Shown here: in pieces, positions 25,815 to 39,166 of the stretch
Layout of the letters: every line of letters starts with the position of its first letter
Position numbering within the stretch: the first letter of the stretch is position 1
NCBI GenBank assembly: GCA_951406725.2
Contig: OX597817.1
Coordinates: 69,440,001 to 69,504,000, forward strand
DNA: 64,000 bases
DNA from: Octopus vulgaris
Lineage: Eukaryota
Direction: 5' to 3'
Program-made: the position numbers and the translations under genes
The notes under the pieces: generated by a model
What the model was told of the DNA's origin: nothing
The model's database searches: none
What the model saw: only the letters and a program-made list of their open reading frames with translations

Positions 25815-26034
25815 CCACATATGTATATATTAGAAAATGTGTGAGATTCTTGGTACAGTTAGGTATATTTCAAAAAGGACAAAACTGACTTCACTGATAG
25901 TTCTAATCAGTTTAATTTATTATTTAAAAAAAATTTTTTAATAATATAAATTCTAGGTCATAGATCTACTAAGTTCTTTGTTAACTTGGGTATGGATAAA
26001 TTTTGTGAAAAAAATGTTTGCTTGTTAATTTCTG

Positions 26035-26910
26035 CAACACACACCAATACTTAAATTTCCAATCAGAACACCCCTCGCATACCAAATGGAACATTCCCTT
26101 TAACATGGCAAGCTGCATCTGCTCCATAGTAAGACAGTCCTAACTATATGAAAAAAGACTACATGAACTAAAATGGTTCCTTAAAAGACAAGAATATCCA
26201 ATGAACCTTATCAATACAGCAATCTCCAAAACCCAGAACATTCCAGTGACAACACTGACAAAAACAAACATATATATACATATATATAAAGAAGTAAAAA
26301 GGACAAAATAATCTTCCCTTTTATCATCACTCACAACTCAAGGAACATCAACGTTGTGAAAGCTGCCAAAAAATATCTCCTAATTCTCCAGCAATCCCCC
26401 AAAATGAATGCACTCATAAAAGGCTCACTAATAATATATCGCAGGCACAAAGCAACAAACTTAAAATAACTACTCACCTGGGCAAAATTTACATCTAACA
26501 TTGAAACAATGCAAGTTAAAAAATGCAGGGACCCTCAATGTGGAACATTTGAATACATTAAAGTGGGTGGACAAATCTCCTTTAAAAAGAAGGAGATTTT
26601 CAAAGTTAATGCAAACATGAATTACAAAATGAGAAATTTAATTTACTGAGCAACTTGCCCTCAACGTAAAGAGTACTATATTGGTGAAACTGGAACGGGA
26701 CTACATGACAGAGTTCATGTACACAAACAACAAATTAAAGGCCCCTCTGGCAAAAACACCACTTGCAGTGGACACTTCGCATCATGTGGAAAGGGAAAAT
26801 TTACAATTTTCTGCTTCTTTAAGTTATGGTTGCACAATAATCATTTCCGGAAATATAAAGTAGAATTCTTCACCAGGAGGTACAAACCATTACTGAACAC
26901 AAAAAAATGA
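26035..26910 (+). pseudogene. Decayed PLE of a second family (RT thumb + GIY-YIG)
   Basis: THQYLNFQSEHPSHTKWNIPFNMASCICSIV; KCRDPQCGT; NLIY*ATCPQRKEYYIGETG; FFTRRYKPLLN; stops and frameshifts. Confidence 0.9.
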
Positions 26911-27494
26911 TATTCCAAACCACCTCCAACAAATACCAGGTTCCTCTCCTTTTTTTTATAGATAAAAAAAGACATATATATATATCCAAATAGAAGTGGA
27001 TGATACCCACGCTTTCAATCATTTGATTGTTGAAGAGAACAATCCTCAGAGGTAAACTACCATTTCACTCATCCCTCTCACTTAAGTGAAATATAGCCTG
27101 TGATTGTGTTTTATTGACTGAATGACCCTTCCAGAGTACCACAACATGTCTTTGTCTTTCAACATATCGTCATAAATCTTGCAAACTACATTTGAAACAA
27201 AAACGTATGTGTGTTTGTGCATGTGTGTGTGTGTGTGCATGCATGCATGTGTGTGTGTATGCGTGTATGTGTGTGTGTGTGAAGTGCCATTTTTTTCATC
27301 CCGGCCCTTCTGATGAGCGCCGGTTGGAATTCTCTCCATAACTCTCATGCAAAACTGCTAAGTAAATCGGTTGAAATGGACCTATAACACTGTATAGCAT
27401 AAATATTAACACAACCACTCTATCGACAAATATGCAAGTGCGTGTGTTTTTTTTTCTTTTCTGACTTATAGATTCTTAGATGACTTCATTAATA

Positions 27495-28160
27495 CACACA
27501 TACATACATCACATACATACATACATAACATACATACATACATACATAACATACATACATAGCATACATACATACATACATTCATACATACATACATCAC
27601 ATACATACATACATACATACATAACATACATACATTCATACATACATTCATACATACATATATAACATACATACATACATACATAACATACATACATACA
27701 TAAATAACATACATATATAACATACATGCATACATACATACATAAAATACATAACATACATACATACATACATACATTCATACATACATACATACATCAC
27801 ATACATACATACATAACATACATACATACATTCATACATACATATATAACATACATACATACATACATACATACATAACATACATACATACATAAATAAC
27901 ATACATATATAACATACATGCATACATACATACATAAAATACATAACATACATACATACATACACACATACATACATACATACATACATACATACATACA
28001 TACATTACATTACATTACATACATACATAAAATACATTACATACATACATAAAATACATAACATACATACATACATACATACATACATACATACATACAT
28101 ACATACATACATACATACATACATACATACATACATTACATTACATACATACATACATAC
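27495..28160. repeat. (ACAT)n microsatellite with higher-order duplication
   Basis: Interruptions (aaataac, atgcat, aaaat) recur in the same order at ~27700 and ~27890. Confidence 0.95.
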
Positions 28161-29003
28161 ATTGTGTACCTGTTTATAGAATTTGCTTTTCTTGTAAAGA
28201 AAATAATCAGGTTTCTAATCTCGAACTGCATCAATCTTGAAGTATTGCTAATTTCCGTACTCCCACGGCATCACCCCCATTACTCCTATAAACAGACAAT
28301 TCTATTTTCTTATTTGTGTGAAAAAACTACAAATGTATTGCAAATATATAGATCTACTGTAAGGAAGCTAGATTTTTTTTTCCTCCCTTTTGATAGGGAA
28401 ATGCATTGTTGACAATATTTTCTTTCTTAAGGCTTTAACAAGTATGCGAAAAAAATTGCTAAATCAACCTTTTTTCCCCAATCTGAAGATACAATATGAC
28501 ACCAACAAAAGAGTGCTGACCTGCAAGAAATAACGTCTAGATATTCCTCTCATTTTCTTTTCTTCACTATTTTTTTTTTTTATCTTTTTGTCAGAAATAA
28601 TAACAATGTTCACAAGGCCTCTGAAATTTTCAGGTAGAAGGGAACGAGTGAGCAAGTAGGAGAGGTAGGATGCTTAAACTGGAGACCTGATCTAAGTGTT
28701 TGTAGCCGAATAGACTCCATTAAAAGCTACCAAGATATATGTTGTTGTTGCCTGTTACATTTCTGCTCCATTTTTTGTTTCCTTTTTTAATATAAACATA
28801 TATAAAATGTAATGTCAAGTGATGGATTCTGTTTTGCCGAGCACTGAACCTTCCCTTACACACATACATGCGCACACTTAAACACAAACACACATCTTAG
28901 CATTGAAAAGTTGAGGACAAACTCGTCATGGTGGACTGTTGAACTCAGCAGATTTTTTCTCTCTCATTTTTTTTCATTCTCTCTCTGTTTTTTTCCTCTT
29001 CAT

Positions 29004-29040
29004 CTTTTCTGTCAAGGAGCATAGGCTCAAAACATAAAAG
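29004..29040 (+). ncRNA. Decayed hammerhead variant (family of 43461-43496)
   Basis: cttt(t)-CTGTCAA-G-GAGC ATAG GCTC-AAAA-CA-TA-aaag; deviations fall at CpG positions. Confidence 0.5.
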
Positions 29041-29130
29041 ACTTTTCCATTCTTCTCGAGGGTTAAACTAATACACCTGCTTCTTGTTCATACACCTGTC
29101 TTTGTCTTTTGTCTTCTGTAACTTTGAACT

Positions 29131-29174
<44 letters not shown>

Positions 29175-29177
<3 letters not shown>

Positions 29178-29848
29178 CATCTGGCACCTGTGTCGGAGGC
29201 ACATAAAAACATCATCCGAAGACCCGGCAAGACTAGTCAGGCCATAACCCGTGGCCCCTACCTGGGACGTTGTCAGTTCACCTGTGCATACCTTCCTTCC
29301 TTCTTGTGACACTTGTGAAGACCTGTTGAGGCAAGTGAAAATCAAATCAAATCAAATCAAAATAGATGAACATCAATGGAATTTGTATCTTTGTGGTACC
29401 AGTGCCGGTGGCACACAAGAAAACCATCCGAACGTGACCGTAGCCAGTACCGCATCGACTGGCCTCCGTGCTGTGGGCACGTAAGAAACACCATCCGATC
29501 GTGGCCGTTCGTCAGCCTCGTCTGGCACCTGTGTCGGTGGCACATAAAAACACCATCCGAGCGTGGCCGTTCGCCAGCCTCGTCTGGCACCTGTGTCGGT
29601 GGCACATAAAAACACCATCCGAGCGTGGCCGTTCGCCAGCCTCGTCTGGCACCTGTGTCGGTGGCACATAAAATCACCCACTACACTCTTGGAGTGGTTG
29701 GCGTTAGGAAGGGCATCCAGCTGTAGAAGCACTGCCAGATCTGACTGGCCTGGTGCAGCCTTTGGGCTCCCCAGACCCCAGTTGAACCGTCCAACCCATG
29801 CTAGCATGGAGAGCGGACGTTAAATGATGATGATGATGATGATGATGA
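29175..29848. mobile_element. Abundant retroposon family ending in (GAT)n, here with a 62-bp unit x3
   Basis: Terminal block ttaggaagggcatccagctgtagaa...cccatgctagcatgga...ggacgttaaatgatgatg; 62-bp units start at 29489, 29551, 29613; related copies at ~43645, 49103, 54540, 56530, 58075, 62087. Confidence 0.8.
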
Positions 29849-29852
29849 TATG

Positions 29853-29934
<82 letters not shown>

Positions 29935-30126
29935 GTTATGTTAGCTTCATGAAGGTATGGTGTCATCCAAGGAAATACTGGTTCAATATCTATTATTTTG
30001 TGGGAATTCATTTCCTTAAAATAATAGGTATAAAAAGCCGTATACTTTATATTCATATAAAAGAAGAAAAACAAAAATGGAGATTGAGAAGTTAATAATT
30101 GTTTATTAACAACAACAAATCAGTCA

Positions 30127-30216
30127 TTCTCCCTTACAGCTGTTTCAATTAATACTTAGGGAACTAATTAAATATTAAATTCCTATGTCCTGATCATAAT
30201 ATCTTCAGAGGGAGAA
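30127..30216 (-). ncRNA. Type-I hammerhead motif with long AT-rich stem II
   Basis: ttctccct-CTGAAGA-...-GAA-ACAGCTGT-A-agggagaa: 8-bp stem I, perfect palindromic stem III; host element has ~30-bp inverted segments at 30061-30090 and 30301-30330. Confidence 0.75.
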
Positions 30217-30343
30217 AAGTATACCCTTGGATGTTCTATATGTGTGTTTATAGATTCATTATAGCAGACTACTATAATGAATCCATCTCCATTTTCATTT
30301 TTCTCAATCTCCATTTTCCTTTTTCTTCTGATATATATATATA

Positions 30344-30775
30344 GGCGCAGGAGTGGCTGTGTGGTAAGTAGCTTGCTAACCAACCACATGGTTCCGGGTT
30401 CAGTCCCACTGCGTGGCATCTTGGGCAAGTGTCTTCTGCTATAGCCCCGGGCCGACCAATGCCTTGTGAGTGGATTTGGTAGACAGAAACTGAAAGAAGC
30501 CTGTCGTATATATGTATATATATGTATATATATATATATATATGTGTGTGTATGTGTGTGTTTGTGTGTCTGTGTTTGTCCCCCCTAGCATTGCTTGACA
30601 ACCGATGCTGGTGTGTTTACGTCCCTGTCACTTAGCGGTTCGGCAAAAGAGACTGATAGAATAAGTACTGGGCTTACAAAGAATAAGTCCCGGGGTCGAT
30701 TTGCTTGACTAAAGGCGGTGCTCCAGCATGGCCGCAGTCAAATGACTGAAGCAAGTAAAAGAGTAAAAGAGAGAG

Positions 30776-30776
<1 letters not shown>
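30344..30776 (+). mobile_element. tRNA-derived SINE, full length, in (TA)n
   Basis: Near-identical to 24687-25074. Confidence 0.88.
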
Positions 30777-30811
<35 letters not shown>

Positions 30812-31086
30812 GAAAACAAAAAATGGAACAAGAACATAACTGGCGACAACAAAAAATCCAGACAGTTAGATGATACAGAAATGGACAGGTCATTCAGAGC
30901 TTCCTAGCCTCAGTTGAGTTCCAGATCATCTTTGTTCGGCCGAAACTGCAAAGACAATCTGGAACTCGACTGAGGATAGGAAGCTCCAAATGACCCGTCC
31001 TTGTTTTTTCCTGTCCTTTTTTTGTATCGTCTAACTGTCCAGATGTTTTGTTGTTACCTGTTACGGTTCTGTTCTATTTTTTGTTT
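30812..31086. mobile_element. Head-to-head inverted pair of the pLTR-like family
   Basis: Imperfect arms around central ttcggccgaa (30925-30934 region). Confidence 0.75.
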
Positions 31087-31299
31087 ATATGTATATATAT
31101 GTGCATGAGACGTCTAAGAGACCACAAGTCAGGGCAAAGATGCACTCATATCTGGCAATAGAGTAGATATATTATCCAAAATATATTATATGAAGTTATA
31201 TAATCGAATTGTTACCTAACACCCTATCATATTCTCTGTGCGAAACCAATTGGTGAGATCAGCCGTGATGGATATATATAAAACTATATAGTTCGGATG

Positions 31300-31353
<54 letters not shown>

Positions 31354-31466
31354 GCACAGGTACTTCCTGTACACCAAATCTTAATAAAATCATTGAATTG
31401 GTTGGTTGGTAGAAACCTAAAAATGCACTTGTAACTTACTCCAAAATATCACTTCTTTCTAAGTCC

Positions 31467-33560
31467 TTGAACCCTAACACAAACGAAGCTTACAGAAAGT
31501 TGAAAGGGGAAGTGCAGACTGCTCTAAGGAAAATTAAGCAGGGACAGTGGAATGGTAGAGCAAAAGGGGCACAAGAAGCAGCTGTTAGAAATGAGGCCAA
31601 GGGTTTGTACTCTTATGTTAAGGAGGTATGTGGCCCAAAATCTTCAATAGCTCCAGTGAGAAAAGCAAATGGATGTTTTCTTCTGACTGACACCACTTCT
31701 ATTCATAAATGTTGGGCTGAATATTTTTCTGCACTTTGGAATATACCATCATCTACTGAAATGAGGACGACAGAAAAAAATTGAACACCTTACAGTTATA
31801 GAAATGATTGCATTTGAACCAAATCTAAATGACATTTATTTAGCTGTGAATAAGCTGAATAACAATAAGTCTCCAGGGTCTGATGGAATCTGTGCAGAAG
31901 TCTTGAAATATTGGGGTGACAAAATGTTTAAACTCTTAAATATATTAATTTGTTACTGTTGGAGAACTGTGAAAGTGCCTCAAGACTAGATTAATGCCAT
32001 TTTAGTCTTCTTGTATAAATTGGGGCCAAAGGATCTGTGTGGTAATTTTCGTGGGATTTCGCTTTTGTCTGTGGTTGGAAAGGTACTTACCCACATTTTG
32101 TTAGAATGTTTAGATACCTTCATAGTTCCAAATATAGTGTCTGAGTCTCAGTGTGGTTTTCCTTCCTCCAGGGGCACAGCTGATTGTATTTTTGCTATCA
32201 GACAATTACAAAAAAAGGGCATCGAACAGAATCTTGCTCTATACCATTGCTTTGTTGATTTGAGCAAAGCATTCAATACTGTTAATCGAAATGCTCTGTG
32301 GCTAATTCTAAAGAAAATAGGTTGCCCAGAGAAATTTGCATCAAGATATGAAAGCTAGAGTTAACTTTGGTGGTAGATTCTCTGAATCTTTTACTGTGGA
32401 AAATGGAGTAAAGCAATGAGACCTTGATGCACCCACCCTCTTTGCAATATACTTTGCTGTTGTGTTGTCACATTCTTTTCAAAACTCTGAGGAAAGTATT
32501 TAGATAAAATATCAAACAACAGGGTATCTTTTTAATCTTACCAAACTGAAATTCAAAATGAAGATTTTTTACTTAACTCATTAGGGAACTTTTTGCAATT
32601 GTATCAGTCATTCTGAAACAGGTTTGCAGTTTCTTGTATCTGCATTTGATTCAGCTTGTGATAATTTTGGCTTTACTGTCAACTTGAAAAAAACAGTTAT
32701 AATGCATCAACCTGCAAGTGGTGCTAAAATTTTTAAGGGTAGTTACTTGAGGTTGTTGATTTGCTCATCTACCTTGGAAGCTCTGTACAAAATGATGGAA
32801 ATTTTGATACAGAAATACAGCTGCGAATTCAAAGGGCAGCAAAAGCATTTGGTGGCTTAGAGTCACACCTTTGGTACCAATGACATATAAATAAGAATAC
32901 AAAGCTGGTTCTTTACAAATCATTTGTCTTACCATCTCTGTTGTATTCTCGTGAAACATGGACTTGTTATAAAAGGCATTTTAAAGTGTTAGAACAATTT
33001 CGCCAAAAATACTTAATCGCATTTTAAACATTAAATGGAGTTCTTTTACTCCAAACGCAGATGTCCTTGCATCTGCAGGCATCAGCTCAATTAAAGCTAT
33101 GATTTTGAGGAATCAATTGAGATGGTGTGGCCATATTGTTTGAATGGCGGATAAACGCATGCTGAAACAGCTGTTTTATGGTGAGTTTCCAGAGGGGAAA
33201 CTCTATCGGCATAAACCTAAAAAAAGGTTTAAGGACGGCATAAGGACTACTATGAAGTCACTTGGAATGGATCCAGAAGACATAGAAACCCTTGCTTCGG
33301 ATCGAGTTGGATGGCGAACAAAAGTGTGGAGTGGAGTGAAAGCGTTTGAAGAGGCCAGGATAACGCATGCAAGACTCAAAAGAGATCTAAGGAAGAATGT
33401 AACGATTGAGAAGGTGAATGACAATGAACTTTTTGTGTGCACAGTTTGTGGACAGACCGTGCCTTTCTTTTGCTGGGCTCAAATCTCATTTGCAAACCCA
33501 TGGAAAACGATCCTCCACCAACTATTCAACCTATATGTCTGTGCACACCTTTGAATGCAG
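31467..33560 (+). pseudogene. RTE-clade (BovB-like) LINE ORF2, decayed
   Basis: NNKSPGSDGICAEV, CGNFRGISLLSVVGK, ESQCGF, FVDLSKAFNTVNR, KQLFYGE..GK...KPKKRFKD; multiple stops and frameshifts. Confidence 0.93.
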
Positions 33561-33678
33561 TGTATGCTAGAAAATGTTAAGGTGTAGGTACAGGAGATGG
33601 TCAAACTCTGCATAAGGAATAGACAACCACCACGCACACACACACACTCTCTCTCTCTCTGTATGTGTATATATATAT

Positions 33679-33770
<92 letters not shown>

Positions 33771-34809
33771 CGTAGAAAATTAAAGTTGCTTCTTGATGTA
33801 TCGCTGAATTTGATGAAAACACCATTTGAATATATTGTGCCATTTCGAAGAAGTAAATTGTTGCTCGTTTAATTTTATATTTCGTTTATAGATTTGGGAT
33901 ATATATATTTGGGTTTTGATATTTTTTTTGTTCTGCTAGTGACGAAAGATAATGTCTAAATCGTCAGACTTCTTTTGCTAACTGTAAATTCATTTAATGC
34001 ATTCGATGATCTTTTTTGTATTAACTAGTTTACCAGCAGAGACCATCACGGTTAGCCCGGATTTCAGTTATTTTACAAGTGTTCTGATTGATCACTCGCC
34101 GTTTTTTGTCTTTTTAAGACGAGACGAAGGAATGAATAAAAGTTTTTGAATTTTTTAATGTATTTATTTAGTTGTTTAAAACGCAAGGAAAAAGACTATA
34201 GTTTCATGGTAAATAATTTCTCACACACTCAACTCTCTTCCTTTCACTCGCCTATACATACACCTAAACACACACATACTTGTAAGTCTATCTTACATAC
34301 ACACACATATATACAATTCTCTCTCTGCCTCTCTCTCACACACAACTTTCTTTCTCTCACACATTATATCTGCCTCTGTCTCACACACACACATGCATAC
34401 ACGTATACACACTGCATTCTTTCTTTCATACATGTACCTTTCACACAAATGACTCGATCTCCTGTCGCCCACACTGCTCTCTCTCTACCCACCACCCTCT
34501 AATTCTCTCTCTCTCTCTCACTCGTACCTTTTTTTTGTTTTATTTTTGCCAAGAGTAAATAGAAAGTACCTTGTTATTTTCCTTCTCCTTGTTTTAATTT
34601 TCTTTGTTTTAAAGATGTAGAACGGGGCTTTAGTTCATTCATTTATCTGAATTTTATTACGTATTATATCATTCATTTTGTTATTACTACTTTGTATTTA
34701 TTTTTCTTCGCTTTTATTCCAAGGTTGTAGAAGAGAGAGTTGTGCAAAGAGAAACTTGTTTAAATGAAATACGTTCTATTGACAAGCAGGAAGCTCCCAC
34801 GTTAAGTTG

Positions 34810-35220
34810 TGTGTATGTGTATGTATGAAAGAGACAGACAGACAGACAGAAAGTGTGTGTGTTTGTAGCGAGAGTGTGTGGAGAGAGAGAGATAAAATGT
34901 ATGTGAATATGTGAGTGTATGTGCATGTATGAAAGAGAGAGACAGACAGACAGAAAGTGTGTGTGTGTGTGTAGCGAGAGTGTGTGGAGAGAGAGAGAGA
35001 AAATGTATGTGAATATGTGAGTGTGTATGTGCATGTATGAAAGAGAGCGACAGACAGACAGAAAGTGTGTGTGTGTGTAGCGAGAATATGTGGAGAGAGA
35101 GAAAAATGTATGTGAATGTGTATGTGCATGTATATGCATGTGTAAGAGAGTATGTGTGTTTGTGTAAGAGAGACAGACAGAAAGTGTGTGGGGGAGAGAG
35201 AGAAAGTGTATGTGAATAGT
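34810..35220. repeat. Higher-order tandem repeat (~115-bp units) built from GA/GACA/GT microsatellite blocks
   Basis: gtatgaaagaga..gacagacagaaagtgtgt..gtagcgaga..tggagagaga..aaatgtatgtgaat recurs about three times. Confidence 0.8.
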
Positions 35221-35759
35221 GTGTGCGTGTGTATGTGTATATATATATATATGCATGTGTAAGGGAGAAAGTATGTGAGTGTGCGTGTGTGTATGTTCCT
35301 GTACATGTATGTGGATGTATATGAATGTGAGTATGAGAGAGAGAGAGAGAGTGAGTATGTGTGTATGCGAAAGAAAGAGTTTGTGAATATGTGTGAGAGA
35401 GAGAGAGTGTGTGTGTACGTGGGTGTGGATTTTACGTCTATAATGTACACATATGTATTGGTTAGATCTGTGGATGCGTATGTGTCTGTCTATGGTGCAG
35501 TACCTATGAACATGAATGTGTTAAGATGTGTATGTTTGTGAGGTGGAAACGATGGTTGTTAGCGCGCAATTGTTTTAAAATAACTCATGAATCAAAACCA
35601 CATAACGGACATTTTCTTTTTTTATATTGAATGTTGAAACATAAATTGAAAAAGAACGAGAGAAATAAAATGCTAATTCAAGGTTGGTTTTTCTTGATAT
35701 TGTTTTAAATATAAAGGAGAAAAAAATATTAAGAAAACGAGTATAATGGAATTGAGAAC

Positions 35760-36491
35760 GATGTGTGTAGCGGGAGGGGTGGAATAAAAAGTGGGAGATG
35801 AGAAGAGAAGATGAGATAAAAGAATAGAGAAAGGGGGAGGTTAGAAAAGACAAAGTAAGAAGATAGACTGAGAAGGAGATTATAAAAAGAGTAAGTAAAC
35901 GGTTAGAGTGAGGAAGCGGTTAGAAAAAGAAAGTAAAAGAATAGATGCGGGGAGGAAGAAGTTAAAAAAAAGTTAAAAGCTAGAGTAGGAGAGGAAGGGG
36001 TTTTAGATAAAGTAAAAGAAAAGACAAGGGAGGAGGAAAAGTTAAAAGAAGATAAAAAGGAATGGAAAAGGTAAGGAAAGAGAGAAAGACATGAGAAAAG
36101 AGAATGAGAGGAAGAGAGATGTAAAATGAAGGAAATTAAGATGAGTTTGAAAGAAAAACAAAGAGAAATGATGAAAAAGAATAGATATGGGGAAAGAGAA
36201 AGAAAAAAGAGAATAAATAGATATGAATGATAACAGTTCAAATGTATTTAGAGAAAGAAATCAAAGTGAGAATGGGAAAAAGTGAGGTAAGTCGCTAGAA
36301 GGGGAGAGGAAAGATATAGAGTCGAGAGATGAAGAAGAGGAAGAGAGGTAGATATAAAAGTGAGAGAATGAGAAGAGAAGGTGATAGATAGATAAGGTGA
36401 AAACAGTAGAAAAGAAAGAAGGAAAGATAGATATAGAGGTAAGAGAATATGAAGAGAAAGACAGATATATGAGTAAGGGAAATAAAGAAAA

Positions 36492-36526
<35 letters not shown>

Positions 36527-36860
36527 CACAGATACATAGATAAAGGTGGGGATAGTAGAAAAAAGAGAGCAAGACTATATATATATATATATATATATAG
36601 CGAGAGAGAGAGAGAGAGAGAGTGGTGAGAATAGAGGAAGAGAAAGAAGTAGATATAAAGGAAAGAAAGTGAGGAAAATTGAACTTAAAAGTGAAATTAG
36701 AGGCGGAAAGATATAGAGGTAAGACCAGTTGAGGACGAAGAGAGACAGGTATAAAGGTGAGAGCAGATGAAGAAGTAAATAGATGTAGAGATGTGAAGAG
36801 AAGGCGATACAGGAAGACAAATTAATGAAACAAAATGAAAAGAAGAAAATATATGAAAAG
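35760..36860. repeat. Long purine-rich low-complexity tract (similar tracts at 52300-53660 and 59480-60420)
   Basis: Strand-asymmetric A/G composition with embedded (GATA)n and (GA)n. Confidence 0.9.
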
Positions 36861-37314
36861 AAAGTTAATGGTTTTGGCTCAGCAATGAAGTTGCGTTCAT
36901 TTTTTTCTTTTTTCTGTTTTTTTTTTACATTCAGCAGATAATGTAAACATAGCATTTGAAAAAAATAAAAAGAGGAAAAAAAATCTTTCCAATAAAAAAT
37001 AAAAATAGCAAAAGGAAAATTAAATTTTAAAAAAACTGAACGAAATATATAATAATAGAAAACAAAATCAAGAATTTTAAAACAAAAAAAAAACAAAAAG
37101 GAATAATAATTTACAAAACACAAGAAAACTTCATGATAAACAAAAGACAAAAAGATGGGGTGTGGTGGGTGGAGATGGAAATATAAATATTAAAAAAAAA
37201 GCAGTTAAGAGTAAATCGTTAGCGAAAAGTTTCCATTGCAAAATTGTAATTAATTTTCAAAGAATGCATGAAGAAACTAAATACACACACACACACACAC
37301 ATATACACATTATG

Positions 37315-37364
<50 letters not shown>

Positions 37365-38066
37365 GTATATATGTGTGTGTGTGTGTATAAATATATATGC
37401 AGCATGTATATGGATCTCTCTCTATATATTTTGGTATATATATGCGTGTATGTGTAAAACGAGAATCCAGATATTTGAATTTATTATGCACTCCTATATT
37501 GTTTTGTGTCTTAATTTTTGTTGGTTTTTTTATTTATTTTCGTTTTATGCTTAATAAACTTTTATCCCTCACTCAAAATAAGTGAAGCATTTAAAGCCCT
37601 CAATATAGAAATATTGTGAGCAGTATCTAAATTTAACAGCTGCTTTATCATTTAGCTGCATTGTAAATATAAGTTTCCATGTTTTCCGGATCTACAGCTA
37701 ATTAATCAAGTCTATCTCTTCATGGATTTGATTAATTACCTGAATATTCGGAAACAGTAAAACATAGATATAGTGCAACCGAATAATACGTCAGCCATTA
37801 CACACACACACACACACACACACCCACATTTTTCTTTCTGCTTACCATTTTCTCTCTTTCTCAGTCAGTGTGTGTTTGTGTGTGTGGGGGTGTTACAAAC
37901 ACAGCCACACAAACACACACACACACACACACATATAATAATAATAATATGAGGGAATATTATTCCAAATTTACAGGGAAAAATTCAATTTAGAAATAAT
38001 AAATCAAATTTCACAAAATATAATATATATATATAGAAATATCAGACTTCACTGAAAATTAGATAT

Positions 38067-38453
38067 GGATGGAAGCACTCCGTCGGTTACGACGACGAGG
38101 GTTCCGGTTGATCCGAATCAACGGAACAGCCTGCTCGTGAAATTAACATGTAAGTGGCTGAGCACTCCACAGACATGTGCACCCTTAACGTAGTTCTCAG
38201 GGATATTCAGCGTGACACAGAGAGTGACAAGGCCGGCCCTTTGAAATACAGGTACAACAGAAACAGGAAGTAAGAGTGAGAGAAAGTTGTGGTGAAAGAG
38301 TACAGCAGGGTTCACCACCATCCCCTGCCGGAGCCTCGTGGAGCTTTAGGTGTTTTCGCTCAATAAACACTCACAACGCCCGTTCTGGGAATCGAAACCC
38401 CGATCCTATGACCGCGAGTCCGCTGCCCTAACCACTGGGCCATTGCGCCTCCA
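38067..38453 (-). mobile_element. OK-SINE-like tRNA-derived SINE
   Basis: Near-identical to 7991-8388; flanked by agatat on both sides. Confidence 0.9.
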
Positions 38454-38511
38454 CAGATATATATATTAATGAAGTCGAGACAAATATCTGCAGCTAGCAG
38501 GTTTCTGCTAC

Positions 38512-38558
38512 TCTAGACTGATGATGGGCAAAGACCCTGAAACATGCGTGTCTCTAGA
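38512..38558 (+). ncRNA. Canonical-core type-I hammerhead at the tip of an extended hairpin (38477-38589)
   Basis: tctaga-CTGATGA-T GGG CAAAGA CCC T-GAAA-CATGCGTG-TC-tctaga; flanks pair further (gcagctag/ctagctgc, gagacaaa/tttgtctc). Confidence 0.85.
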
Positions 38559-38734
38559 TGCAGGCCTAGCTGCTGGGGTTGTTTGTCTCCCCTTTGTAAA
38601 TATATAAGGACACTGGAAAAAAAAAATGCGTGGACGCCGACAGGAAGTGTCGATGCCTCCTAGGGCTAAACAGCGGTGGTGTAAGCCCCTACTGTCACGT
38701 TAAATTGACAGTATACAACCAATATATATATATA

Positions 38735-38997
38735 TAAATTAGGAAAACACCACCTTTTATCAATTCAATAATGAAAAATTAAATTATACCATATAGAAAA
38801 ATAACATATTATAGAAAGATTAAATATAAGATAAAACATATAACAAATATATACGTTTTATTTATTATTTTGCACATTACTTAATCATTGTTATATGTTT
38901 TATCTTATATTTAATCTTTCTAAATGTAATTTTTCTAAATGATATAATTTAATTTTTCATTGTTGAATTGATAAAAGGTGGTTTTTTCTAATTTATA
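38735..38997. mobile_element. AT-rich fold-back element flanked by (TA)n
   Basis: Arms ~38735-38845 and ~38888-38997 are inverted; same family as 1-94. Confidence 0.8.
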
Positions 38998-39166
38998 TAT
39001 ATATATTATATACAACAGGCTTCTTTCAATTTCCGTTTACCAAATCCACTCACAAGGCTTTGGTTAGTCCGAGGCTATAGCAGATGACACTTGCTCAAAG
39101 TGCCACGCAGTGGGACTGAACCCAAAACCATGTGATTGGTAAGCATGCTACTTACCACTCAGCCAC

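Noticed and set aside
26640-26660. In-frame TGA in IY*ATC of the decayed PLE as selenocysteine (Naiad-type selenoprotein)
   Set aside because: This copy also has a TAA stop and frameshifts, no SECIS was found, and the intact PLE has no in-frame TGA.
28466-28530. Possible minus-strand host exon (ttcttgcag acceptor)
   Set aside because: Weak donor, no recognisable peptide and no partner exons.
29489-29675. Regularly spaced repeats as a CRISPR array (also 57478-57570, 49711-50080)
   Set aside because: Head-to-tail tandem units with no unique spacers, in eukaryotic context.
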